Below are positions 45,239-57,308 of a stretch of 64,000 bases of DNA, piece by piece. Every line of letters begins with the position of its first letter. Position 1 is the stretch's first letter. Source of the stretch: Emiliania huxleyi CCMP1516 (lineage: Eukaryota). Under the pieces are notes generated by a model. The model did no database searches, was not told the origin of the DNA, and worked only from the letters and a program-made list of their open reading frames with translations. Made by a program: the position numbers and the translations under genes. The stretch lies in NCBI RefSeq assembly GCF_000372725.1, contig NW_005201392.1, positions 128,521-192,520 on the forward strand, given 5' to 3'.

Positions 45239-46604
45239 TCAAAGCTTCTGCGCCGCATTCCGCATGTTGAAGCTCGCCTCCAGCGCCCCCATGTCCTCGA
45301 CGAGGATCTGCGGGCCGGTGCGCTCGACCTCGAGATCCTTGGAGAGAGTGATGTGGTCGTTGTGCGCATCTGCGAGAGCAAGGGGGCGGTGCGCGCTCGT
45401 AAGCGCAGGGAAAGCCTGCAAACAGCGCAAGAGGCATGCGCACCCTTCACCATCCCGTCGCACGTCGCGGCGATGCCCTGGCAGTACTGGAAGAGCGGCA
45501 GCACGTCAAACGGCTCCTCCACCTGCACGCCAATGTCCTCGGTGCCAAGCCTGCGCGACAGAGGTGCGGCCTCATGCACGGTAAGGCAGGGCCGACCCGG
45601 GCGCGGCTCACATGGCCCATGCCACGAACGTCGCCGCCAGCGGCGTCGCAGTGCCGACGATTGGCCAGAGCACAAACGGCATCGCGTTGCACCTGATGCA
45701 ATCGTGAGATCGGCTGCATCCCCTGGAACGAGTCGAGCTCGGACATGGGCGTGCGTGGCGCGCACCAGACCATCAGGAAGCGCGAACAGTGCCGCGTGAA
45801 GGCGGTGGGGATGGGCGTGCGGTGGATGCGCTCGCAGGCGCCCATCGCGCCGCAGAGGCGCTGGAAGTGCCGCTCGAGGAGCTGCCCGATGAATGTCCAT
45901 ACCAGCCCGGACAGAAAGACCAGGGGCGAGAAGGCAACGCGAGAGCTCGGTTCGTCGCCATCTACGCGATCCGGCGCCCACGTCGCCCAGATGTCACCCG
46001 GCAGACCGCACGTCTGCTGGATGTACGTCATTGCGAGCGTGATCACCATTGCCGCAGCCATTGGGACGGCGCCAGTCTCCTCGAGCGAGAGAGCAAGCCA
46101 CTTGCTTCGGCCGCTGCTCGCCCAACTGTGACTGATAAACGCGTCGATGTGCTCCACCGTCGCTGATTTCGCGTGCAGTTTCGCCCTCTCCTCTTCAGTC
46201 AGGCGGTCTGGATTAGTGTGAAAGGCAGACCGCCATCGAACCAAGGCATCGCTCACCCGCAATCCTCGCCGTACCGAGCGGGGAGGGCGCAGCGCGGCAC
46301 TGGCAGCGATGAACTGCGAGATGGCGATAGTCTGTGCCACTCCCGACTTCAAGTCGGACGCGGCGGAGGACCTTGAATGCACGTCAGAATGGCGGGGAGA
46401 GTCAATGAACTGCGAGATGGCGCTGGTCTGTGCCACTCCTTCGGAAGCGGCCGACCTTGAATGCACGTCAGAATGGCGGTGGGACTCGCAGCCGGCGGAA
46501 GGCATGTGCTCGAGTAGCCTTTGCTTGATCCGCGTCCTTGTAGGCGGGCAACTTGGACGTTCCGGACAGGCAAAATACAGGCGTCTTCTTCGCTGTTTGT
46601 TCAC
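45239..46604 (-). CDS. Chimeric gene: DAFISHSW-type membrane protein N-terminus joined to the C-terminal half of a bestrophin-like (YneE/VCCN1/BST) channel
   Basis: HIDAFISHSW...KWLAL plus two TM segments, then GACERIHRTPIPTAFTRHCSRFLMVW. Spliced exons give LGTEDIGVQVEEPFDVLPL; stop at 45239. Confidence 0.7.
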
Positions 46605-46679
46605 AGCACGCCACTAGGAAACCTACGGTTCCCTGGGATCGCCTCGTGAATAAACGAGTATATTATAGCGGTGGGCAAA

Positions 46680-46920
46680 ATAACGCACGGGCCCTCAGCG
46701 GAGCTGGGAAGAGGACCGCCGCAAGCGGCGTGGAGTGGGTCAGTTGTGCATCCCTCCGGGGGCCCCTCTGCGCCGGGGAGGCGTTGTTGGAGGCTAGGAC
46801 GCAAGCGTCCGTCGCCCTTTTCAAACTCGGGGCCCACTCCGCACGTACGCTCCGACCCGAATTTGGAGGGCCTAAAAGTTTAAGGTGTTGCTGCGCAAAA
46901 GGGGTCGGTCGGACACAGGG
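46680..46920 (+). repeat. Dispersed repeat family A, copy 2
   Basis: Matches 29266-29501. Confidence 0.9.
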
Positions 46921-49275
46921 CGCAGCTCATGCTAAGAGCTAGAAGGGGAGCTAGAGAGAACGACTACCCTGTCCCGTTATTGCGTACACCAACACCACAA
47001 AAGCTCTCTCTCTCCTGTCCTCACTCACTCAGGGGGGTCACAACTACCGAGTCCCTCGACTAGCTGCCACGTTGCCGACCGAGAGCGGATCTCCTCCTGC
47101 TCCGCAAGGAGGGTGGCCAAGGCTAAAGTCTTGTCGGAGCCGCCGGGCGTGTTGACGACTTGGAGAAGGTCGCCCCCTTGTACTTGTACTTGCTCGAGGG
47201 GGTGCTTTGTGGGGCGGTGCGCAGCCAGGCCAGCAGTGAGGGGAGGCGCACCCTCACTCTCCTCGGTTGCAGAGCTCGTCGGAGGCTGCGGCACGACGGG
47301 AGGGTCGCGACAGCAGTCCTCGGGCGAGCCGACGCGCATGTCCAACCAGCGCTGGGACTCGTTGTGACGGCAGACGCCGGCTGCCTCTCCAACCGACTTC
47401 TGCAGTGTCCTTCTTTGCCCGGTGCATGGGCTCGGTCCGATTCCGCAGCGTGTCGTCCCCAGCGGCGGTGCTGCGCGGGAGGCGGCCGCGGGCACGCTGG
47501 GCTCGATCAGCGGCTTTCCCTCCCAGTTGCTCCGAAAGCACGGATTTGGCGGACGTTCTTGGCTTCAATTTCACGAATGTCTTGGCACCAGTTGAAGGCT
47601 TGCACGGCCCAGATCACATGGTTTCTGCACGGTATTCGGATTTTGCTATTTGTTCGTGTGGGGGTATATTGCAGATTTGTCAATGGTACCGCGTCTGCGA
47701 CGCGGGCGCCTTGCGGGCAGAGCCCTTAGCCACCCTTTATATCTTGCGCGGTCACAAAGAAAATAATCTCCCGAGCGTGAGGCTCTCATTCATACCCTCG
47801 CGTATTCCTCTCGCGCGTCCAATGCACTCATCAGTCATCAACAAGCGATGTATGGGCACGCCGCCACCGCACAGGGATTTCATTCAATAACACGAAAATC
47901 GCAGCAGCCTCGCTGGGCCAGAAGACCGGCCCGCGAGGTGGGGTGCTAGTCTGGGACGATACGTCGCAGTTCCCTTGCTCCAAGCGCTTGCGCTTCGGCG
48001 GTAGTGATCTGATCACCCGAATGCCACGTTCGGATCGCGCCTCATCGCAAACCCTGTCAGCAGTTCATCACTCGGGTTCGTAAGAGCCGCGTACATGAAA
48101 ATGCTTTTCCTCGACGGGCGGTGTGGGTGCGCGATGCATTGGACAGCAATTTCCCTATGCCTGCTCGCCACTGCGGGCGGAGTACATCCGAAGAGCAACC
48201 GGTACACGGCGGCGCTCGACGGCCCTGGGTAGTCGACGGACGGGCCCCTGACGGGGGTGCTCTCCGGCCGCGGCGGCCGAAAACGGGGGTCTCCGGTACG
48301 GTCCGGTAACGAAGTGATGCACTAGATGCAAGGGTGCCATTGTGCTCTACTATAAAAGTTGTGGAAGATGCCCAAGTCTCAGATCCTGAATCCTTAGCGG
48401 AGCTGAGTTCTGACGGTGTGAACACGAGCAACCTGAGTGACGGGACCGGGGCCGTGATTGTCGATTGCCATCACGTGCGTGCACCTCCGATGCGTCGAAG
48501 AGGGGGTCGAGATGAGCGCGCATTCGCTCACTGAAGCGCACATCGAAGGCAGGACCGAGCAGAGCGCGATCAGTGCGAGCCAGATGGTGCGACGCCGAGA
48601 GCTGATTGACGCCATCGATTTTGCAGGCTTTTTCCCCTTTGAAATATTCCCAACGGCACCGCCCAAACGGGGCGGCCAGAGGTCACGTGCACGCCACGCC
48701 ACCACAGGAGGAGAAGATCAACGCGCTTGCGCCGCGCAGCGCCGGGCAGTGGCAGCTCTGCGACTCCGCGCGCACCCTGCGGCGCTGGTACAATGCGTGC
48801 AGGCACGAGCGAGGCCAGTGGAGCGTGGGTGCGCAGCCGAGTGACAAGGAGGTGGCGCGGGTGATCGAGAGGGTACGCCCGGTTGGGTCGTGCGAGGGTA
48901 CTAGATACGTAGAGTGTGTCTCGCGCCTTGGCCCTTGCGCGCGCGGGGGGGGGGGGGGGGAACCTCTTCCCAAGGCCACTCTTGGAGCGCCGCCACCACA
49001 CCACCGCCAGAGCGCTGCAAGCAGCGCCGGGGCCCGGGCCAAACTGTTGCACTGACGGCTTTTTCCTTTTAGCCGCGCTTACGCGCTTAAAGGGCTTACC
49101 ACATACCAGTCCAGCCCCGCCCCGGGCGCCAAAAATTCTGTGCACTGTGCGCGACAAGTTTTCCTCGACACGCGTGTTTTCTGGCCATATTCCCGCGAGG
49201 CCTCGCGACCGATAACGTAGAGAGACACAAGAGCCAAGTGTGTCAAGACACGCAGAGGGGCTGATCCCGACGCAC

Positions 49276-52200
49276 TCACCACTCCGTCTCGACAAAGTCT
49301 TTGAGAAAGACGCCATGGAGAGGCGTCTCGCCCGTGCTGACGCCCTCAAAGACCGGATGCAGGACGCGCGCTGCCGCGTCCACCTCGTCCAGCGGCGTCT
49401 GGAAGTGACTCGTCTCGGCGGTCCTCGCTGCGCGCTCGCGAGGGTTCTCGTCGTTGATCCAGCCGGTATCGACCGCCGTCATGTAGATGCGGTGACTGGC
49501 GGCCAGCTCCGCTGCCGAGGTTCGCGTCATCATGTTGAGCGCCGCCTTGGCCATGTTCGTGTGCGGGTGGTTGGCCGTCTTGTGACGATAAAACTTGCCC
49601 TCCATCGCAGACACGTTGACGATGAAGGCGGCGCCCGCCGCGTCGGCCGCCGCAGCGAGCAGTGGCTGCAGCCGCGCGTTGATGATGAAGGGCGCGAGCG
49701 TGTTGATGGCGAGCACCTCGCAGAGCTCCGGCGTCGACACGTCGGGGAGCTTGAGCCGCCAGGAGTTGGTGGCGCGCAAGTCAATCTGCTGCCCATTCAC
49801 GTCCAGCTGTCCGGCGGGCAGCACCGCCCCTCCTTGCTCGCCGCTGCCGAGAGGCGACACCGCCGTCGCGGCGTCTTCAGTCGTGAGGTGCAGCTGCGAC
49901 AGCTGCGCGGGTGTCGGGGTCGGTGGATCGTGGTCGTCCCGCCCCTCGTCCGTCCAGCGTATGGCGCTGCCCCTCGCCTGGCGCCTCCCCTCTCGCCGGC
50001 TCGCCTGCTGCGCAAGGAGTGGTGCGAGGGGCGCGCCAGCCTGGCCCGCCTCGACCTCGGCCTCAAACGCGAGCAGATGCGCGTAGTAGCTCGCCGGCCG
50101 CCGGATCGTCTGGCACGCGTTGTTGACGACAACGTCGAGCCGCGGGAGCGTCGCGCGCAGATAGTCACAAAAGCTCTCCAGCGCCACGACGTCCCTCAGG
50201 TCGAGCGCGTGGACGTGCAGTCGCTCGCGCCACGCCTCGAAGTCCGCCTCGGCGGCGTAGCGCTTCGCGGCGTCGGCGGGAAAGCGAGTGGTCGCCACCA
50301 CCGTGGCGCCGGCTCGTAGCAGCTTGAGCGCGATCTCGAAGCCCACCTTGACGCGGCTGCCCGTGAGGAGCGCATAACGGCCACTCAGGTCGGCGGTGCA
50401 GTGGCGCATCCGATAGTTGAGCGAGGCGCACTTGGGGCAGAGCTGCGCGTAGAAATGGTGCAGCGCCCCGAAGCGCGCCTTGCAGCTGTAGCACTGCCGC
50501 GGCTTGAACAACTCCGGCCCGTTCGTCGCGACTGCGCCGTCGGCGTCGCTGCCGGCTGCTGCCTCAACTCCACTCACCAGAGACCGGCCCTCCTCGCGCA
50601 CCGCGCCGTCCGGAACCTGGCACAGCAAGCGACGGCAACCGATGCCGCCGTCATCACCATCGCCGCTCACGCCAAGAGCGAGCAGCCGTCCCGGCTCCTC
50701 ACAGAGCCCCCGTAGCCGCTCGATGCGGCCACGGCGCAGCCCCGTGGTGTCCAAATGCCGCCGGTCCGCGTCGGCCTGGCGCGCCCTCCGGCTCTCGTCC
50801 TCCTTGCGCAATGCACGACGTCGCCCGTTCTCCAGAGCGGCGGCGTCGCGCTCACTCATCGCCGCATGCACCGGGCCAAAGGCCTTGCGCAGCCGCCGGA
50901 ACCGCGGCCCTGCCAAGAGCCGCGACGGGTCCTTTGAGAGCCGTTCGAGGACCGAGACGCAAGCGTCGAGATCGCCGTCCGAGATGTTGACGTCCGAATC
51001 CTCGTCCGGCGAATCCTTGCTGGTCGCTTGGCTGGGCGGGGCATCGTCGGCGCTGGGGGTGGACGACTCCCCGCTCCTCGCAACAGCCGCTGCGCTTGCA
51101 CCCGCCACAGCGCGTGGCGCACCCGATGCAACCCTCTCCTTCCCGCAGCCCTGGCCGTGCCCCTGCGGGGCAACCTCATCGGCCGTGTATCGACAGGGGC
51201 TTGCGCGGTCTAGACGCGAGAGGCAGGCGGAGACTGCTTCTCGCACCTTGCGCCGCGCCGCCTGGGCGTCCCTTGCGGCGGGCGAGGAGAAAAGCGCCCT
51301 CACCCGCGCCTCCAGCCCAACCGCGGCGGACGCCGCCTCCCCGGAGGCGAGGAGCGCTCCGAGAAACGTTGCAAATAGCCAGAGACAGGAGCGAGCGAGG
51401 GCACCCGGGCTCGCGGGCTGCCCAAGCAAAGCCTCGCCGTCTCCACCGCCGTCGACGCGGCGGCGGCCGGCGTCTGCCACCGGCGCCGCCTCAGCAAAGG
51501 TGCGCTCCACCGCAGCGAGCGCAGCGACGTGCGCACCGCAAGACACGGCAGCGATGGCGGTGGCCGATGCCTCACCAGGCGCCTCGTCAGCCTTGGACGA
51601 GCAATCAGCGGCGTAGCACAGCAGCGTGAGCGAAGCCTCCACCGCCGCCACATCCGTCGCGTGCGCCTGCAGCACCGCTACAGCTCGCTCGAGAGCCCGC
51701 TCGGCGATGCATGCCGCCAGATTCCGCGGGTGGTGCTTGAGTAGAAAAGCGACGGCCTTGCACCCAGCCTCGTGCGCCCTCGCCGACGCGCAATGCACGG
51801 CGAGGCCCTGCAGCAAGACCGAGGCGCCGCCAGCTGCCCCAATCGCATCCTGCATCGGCACGGACCGCACAACGAGATTCCGGAGCGCGTGTGCCCCCCA
51901 CCGGTAAAACTTCGCGGCACGGTCGCACCGGCAATCGCTCGCTGCGAGCCGCGCGCGCATAGCGGCCACCACAACCGCTGCGCCGTGAGGACCGACGGCA
52001 GCCTTGACGTCGTCAACGTCCCAGCCGTAGCAGAGGTTTCCGAGGGCGCGGCTCGCCTAGGACACGCGGACACCAGGGTGGCGCGTGTGCCACCCTCTCC
52101 CCCCCGAGACTAAGACACGCGAGCCTGGACGCACAGCTCCTCCACTGCCCTCTCTGCCCCCTCGCCGGCGCGTGCGCGTCGCCGGCCGACCACGAACGCC

Positions 52201-54642
52201 TCATGCTGCTCCACGGCGGCGAGGAGCGCCTCCACGCCACTGAGGGAGAGGGCGGCAGCCTTGTTGGCGCCGGCGCCGGCCACCAAATCGGCTAGTGCCG
52301 CGGCGGCGTCGGCCCCCATGCGGAGCGCCTCGAGGCCGGCCGCGTCACAGAAACTTGCCTCCGGGCCCAGCCGCGCGGCGGCGATCGCGTGGACGGAGAC
52401 GCGCACGCCAGAGCGACCAAAGGCGACGGCGGCCGCGTGGCTGCTCTCCAGGCGCGCCGCCTCGGCGCGGAGGAGGCGCAGCGAGTGGCCCCTGACCGCC
52501 CGCACCGGCCCGGAGGCCTCGTCGCCGCCACTGGCCGCGTCGATGGTCGGCAGCCACACCGTGGCGAGGAGAGCCGAGGCGTCGCCGGGGCAAGGAGGCT
52601 CGCGGCCACAGCTCGGCCGCAGGAGCCGGGTGAGCGCGCCGCACGCCTCGTTTGCCACCGCGGCCAAACCACCGGCCGCGGCCACGGCCCTTGGCACGCC
52701 GCCGCTGCCGACCTCCAACACGGCGCAGAAACGGGTGGCGCTCGCCGCGTCCGTCAGCAGTACGAGGCCGGGCCGAGCAATCGCCTCCGAGAGCGGGACG
52801 ACGGCGAAGCGAATAGCCCCCGGTACGCGCCGCCGAGCAGCGAGCGCGTAGTGCGACATGGTCGTGCGCGCGTTGACCTCGAGCAGCCGCACAGCCAGCG
52901 CGCCGCCGGGAGCGCGCACGATCGCGCAATCCACGCCGCACGTGCGCGAGCCGCACGTCGCGGGCACGTCTAGCGGATCGAGCGCTGCCTCGACGGCGCG
53001 CCGGCGGAACACAAACTCGAAGAGCTCCTCCTCAAGCGGCGCAGCCGGGCGCGGCTCCTGGTCGAGCAGCGTCGCCGACCAGCGCATGTGCGGCGCCTCG
53101 AAGCGCGACACGCCGCAGAGCTCCCCATCAATCCACTCGGCGCTGTACCTACGAGCGGCAGAAGAGGCGGAGCCGTGCGAAGAGGCGGCCTCGACACGGC
53201 GCGGCGCGGAGCGCGGAGGCAGCGCACTCGGCGAGGAGGTCGAGGACCGGCTCGACGGTCACCACTCCATCGCGGCGGAGGGCGGCGCGCGCCCATCGCT
53301 CGCCCGCACCGCCAGGGGCCAGAGACGCGGCATCGCACACGCGCACCCCCATGCCGGAGCACGACCACTCGCGCTTGAGGACAGCGCGACCGCCGCACGC
53401 CACGGCCGCCGCCCGCACCTCCTCCACAGACCGGCATACCGACACGTCAGCTCGGTAGCGCGCCACGTTGGAGCGGCGCAAGTGCGGACCGGCGACGGCG
53501 TACGGCCGCTGGCCGGCGATCGCGCGGCCGGCGGGTGGTGCGGGCGCGAAGGTGGGCAGGTCGCGCACGCCGGCGGCCGCGAGCGAGCTGAGGAAAGCGG
53601 GCCGCTGCTCTGGCGCAACGACGATGTCTGTGGGGCGGGCGAGCAGCCACGGCAGGGCGGCGAGGTCGGCGCGGAGGGCGAGCCAGCTCTTGGAGAGCGT
53701 GCGTCCCGCCGCCTCCTCCTCGACACCGGCGTTGAAGCTGTGCACCCAGGCCGGAGGCTGGGGCGGCGGCGGCTGGGGAGGAGGTGGCTGCGGAGGCGGC
53801 CGAGGCGGCGACTGGGAAGGAGGTGGCTGGGAAGGCGGCTGAGGCGGGGAGGGCGGCAGAGAGGGACAGAGAGGCGAGAGCAGCCTGCGGTGCCACGCGA
53901 CGAGCAACTCGAGGGCGGGGCCGAGGCAATGGCCGCCGCGATGGAGCACCGACTCGCGTGCGGCGGCACCGAACGCAGCGGCGAGTTCCTCGCTTGCGGC
54001 GGGGTCGACAAGCCGGTCGCATGAGCCGGAGACGTGTAGGGAGGCGAGCCCGCCAAGGCGGGCGCCTGACGGCTCGGCGGAGGCGGAGGAGGGGGGGAAG
54101 GATAAGGAGTGGTCGGAGGTGGCCGTCGGGGCTGCTCTCACGACGCCGTCCTCGTGCAGGTAGCCGCCGAAGGGGTAGCCCGAGACCAGGGCGACGTGCC
54201 GCAGGTCGGGAAGCGGGCCCTCGTCGCGCCGGAGCGAGCAGGCCAGGTGAGCCAGAGCGGCGCCCTGGCTGAAGCCGACGATGCCCGCGAAGCCAGAGCC
54301 GTGCGCCGCGCGCTCGGCAGCGTCGGCGGCGCAGATGACGCGCAGCGAGTCGGCCACGCCCTGGAGGACTCGCGCCCCGCCGCTACCGCGAGCGACAGTC
54401 CACCACGCTCTGGGCGACTCTGGCGGCGAAGGCACAACACCCGCAAGCGGACGTGCCTCGACGGTGAGCGGGCCGTCGAGGAACGTGAAGCGAACGTCGC
54501 CGCTGAGAGCTTCGCGGGCTCTTCGCATCTGATGAGCCATCGTCGAAGCACTCATGCCGAAGCCGTGCAGGCACACGACCGAGAGAGGCCGCGATGGATT
54601 GCTCGCACCAGTAGCGGAAAGGCACTCGCGTTGCTGCGACAT
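49276..54642 (-). CDS. Multidomain enzyme: FSH1-type serine hydrolase, ATP-grasp-like domain, ARM repeats, Zn-finger/SDR oxidoreductase (~1739 aa)
   Basis: Exons 54642-53228, 53148-52125, 52056-49276 join three ORFs in phase (GT-AG and GC-AG introns). Motifs: CLHGF, GFSQGAA, HRGGH; VLKREWSCSGMG, GVD...LEVNARTTM; CYSC...HHFY...CPKC, LTGSRVKVG, NNACQT, NVSAMEG, HPHTNMAK. Confidence 0.8.
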
Positions 54643-54934
54643 TGGAGCTGGTCGCTCACTCCTGCGCGCGCCGCGCGCGCGCGCGTCGCGCGCGTGGATG
54701 TGATGCAAAAAAAAATCCATGTATGGCTTTGTTTTATGACATCGTTTGAACGCATGGCTTTCAAACGGCATTTTGCTCGCGTCGGCGCCGCCGAGCGCTG
54801 CTCGGAGAGTATACTCTTTGACCTCCTACGACCGGTGTGCTACTACTCGCTTCTTCTAAGCGGGAGGTTACCAACTACGGCGTACCCGCCTAATTCTGTT
54901 ATCCTTCACCGCGACGCAGAGCGGCGACGTCATT

Positions 54935-55690
54935 GTGCAGCTCCACCCGCACTCACAGCTCGAGCGCGCGGTCCGCCATGAGCGGCAGGCGCAGGCCACG
55001 GAGCCGCCCGCGAGCGCGAGCCCTGCGGCGCCGCCAGCCCCTGCCGCCGAGCCGCCAGCTGCGGAGCCGGCGACCAGCATGACGTACGCCGCCGCAGCCG
55101 CATTGCACCCGCAGGGTGCCACCGCGGGAGGCCAGCCCGCCGCGCCTGCGGGCCCGGCCGCCGCCGCGCGCGTGCCGCCGCCGCCCAGCGGCGGCGGAGT
55201 GCGCGGCTGCACTTTCACTGTCCCTAATCCGGGAAGGAAGCGCGGGCAGCAGCAGCGCGGCAAGGGCCGCAGTGCCAGCGGCCGCGCCAATGCTGGACCC
55301 CGGCTCGTCGACAAGAACGCGCTGTCGGCGCGCGGCGGCGGGCCCTCGCGCCAGTCGCGCTCTCCCTCACCGGACTCGCCGCCCGCCAAGCGGGCGTCCT
55401 CCGCCGACTCCTCCGGCTATGACACGGATCTACCGGACGAGGTGCAGCAGGAGGCGGTCCGCAGGGTCTGCGGCGCGCTCGGCCTGAAGGAGCAGTACGA
55501 CGCGGCGGTGGCGGCGGGAGAGCTGCTCGAGCTGCTCGAGAGCCTGCCGCGAGGGACAGTCGAGGCCTCCATCCGGCTCATGCGGGGATACACCCGCACG
55601 GGCGAGTGGCCCGAGCCCATCCTACCCAGCCCTGCCCCGGAGCTCGGCCGATCGCCTAGAAGCCCCTCTGATGAGTGGTCAGATGAATAG
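54935..55690 (+). other. Intronless low-complexity ORF, possibly a retroelement ORF1/gag remnant
   Basis: TYAAAAA motif, basic and Ser-rich tracts, short helical C-terminus, followed by repeat B. No diagnostic domain. Confidence 0.3.
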
Positions 55691-55901
55691 TGCCCGAGAG
55701 CGAGGGATACGGAGGGGAGCACAAATAGGACGCCCAGCCTTGCCCTCGTGCCGCCGAGTGCGTATCCTACCCGACGGTGGCACTCTTCCACGTCTCGCTC
55801 ACGCTGAGAAAAATTCTGAAACGGCGTGCAGCAGAGTCACCGACGAGTCGGTCCGCGTGCCTCCTCGTGTCCCGTGCCGTTCTCACATAAAATAATCGTC
55901 A

Positions 55902-56123
55902 GGGAAACCCGGTACACGGAACCAACCTTCGGAGACCCGTGTTTACTTTACGGCCCTTTCCCTGCGAACGCGCACCCCCCCTAGCTAGGGTCAGGGCTCT
56001 CTAGCCCGTAGCCCGATGCCGATCATCTGGCTCGCTGGGTGCGCTTCTTTACACGTTGTAGCTCCCACCCGGCCCTGGATGTGAGGTTACATGTAATGAC
56101 TGCACTCCAAGTGCTCCAAGTGC
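55902..56123 (+). repeat. Dispersed repeat family B, copy 2
   Basis: Matches 2587-2767 with indels. Confidence 0.85.
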
Positions 56124-56401
56124 TCTATTCTCTCTTTGGCTTCACTGAAGCGATGCCTGAATCCTTAATCTCGGATTTTAGATAAGGACGCACCGCGCAC
56201 CCTCTCTTTTTCGTCCCCCCCCCCCCCCCCTCCTTGAGCTTGACGAAATTCTTGGAGGCCTGTCGAGACCTGTCGAGCTCGAGGCTGAGACCATGCTTGC
56301 CAGTGTCGAGGGGTGTCCACTCTCTTTCTACATACACATAGTTTTTACCCATCTGGCATCTCATGTGAGGGTGTGACCACTTATATTTACTCACCATAAC
56401 C

Positions 56402-57308
56402 TCACGCCCGAAGGTTGGCGCGCTTGAGCCGCAGCTGCAGCGAGGCGTCGATGGTCACGAGGTAGCGGTCGCTCGCCTCGTCGTAGTCTGTCACCACTCC
56501 GCTCTTCCCGTTGTGCTCGGCGGCTCCCTGCAGACCGATCACCGCCCCCGTCGTCCCCGTGGGCAGCAACACGCTGCCGAGCGGCACAGCCTCCGCGGCG
56601 CGCCCGTCCGGCTGCAGCGTGCACGAATAGCTCAGCGCCTCCGCGTCGAAGGAGCGGAGGACAGCGCGGTCGGCGGCCGCCAGTCCCTCGGGCGCCTCTC
56701 CGCCCTGGGGCATCCGGATCTCGACGGGCAGCTGCTGCACGAGGTTGTCTCGCTTGAGGGCGAGCGTCTCAGCCGCGGCGTCGGCGCTCTCTTTGAGAGC
56801 GACTGCGTAGCGACCCTTTGCGGCGTCGAACGAGCCGACAACGCCCTCGCGGCCATTCACCTCGGGCCGCGCCTTGAGCCCAAACACGCGGACCTTGGTG
56901 CGCTGAGGAATGGAGGTGGGCGGCGCGCCGTGCTGCCGGAGGAGGGCACGCAGACGATTCTCATCCGCGCCCGAGAACTCGTCCACCTTGACGCCGCCTC
57001 GGAAGAGCTGGAAGGTTGGCATCGACCGGATGCCGCACGCCGCCGCCGCCTCTTGGTTCTCGTCGACGTCAACCTGGCAGACAGAGCTGACTCACGTGGC
57101 GGTGCACGAGACGGTGCACGAGACGCGCGGGCGAGGCCGCCTTGTAAAAGCTCACGAACGGGAATTCGCCCGAGGTGCTCATGGCTTCAAAGCGCGGCCC
57201 GATCATCTTGCACGGCCCGCACCACGAGGCAGTAAAGTCGATCGCGACCAGGCCTGCGCCAGCGAGAGCGTCGTCGAACGCCTGCTTCGTGTTGAGGAAG
57301 GCGACCAT
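56402..57308 (-). CDS. Thioredoxin (WCGPC) fused to two SH3/KOW-like GL...NG..G.V......RY.V modules
   Basis: Exons 57308-57141 and 57073-56402 (GC-AG intron). IDFTASWCGPCKMIGP...YKVDVDENQE...SMPTFQLF; VFGLKARPEVNGREG...GRYAV; IGLQGAAEHNGKSG...DRYLV. Confidence 0.9.

Noticed and set aside
47000..49270. Degenerate coding or transposon sequence
   Set aside because: Short ORFs without diagnostic motifs; cannot be classified by eye.
55665..55700. Hammerhead ribozyme core (ctgatga)
   Set aside because: No matching GAAA or stems; it lies at the end of an ORF.
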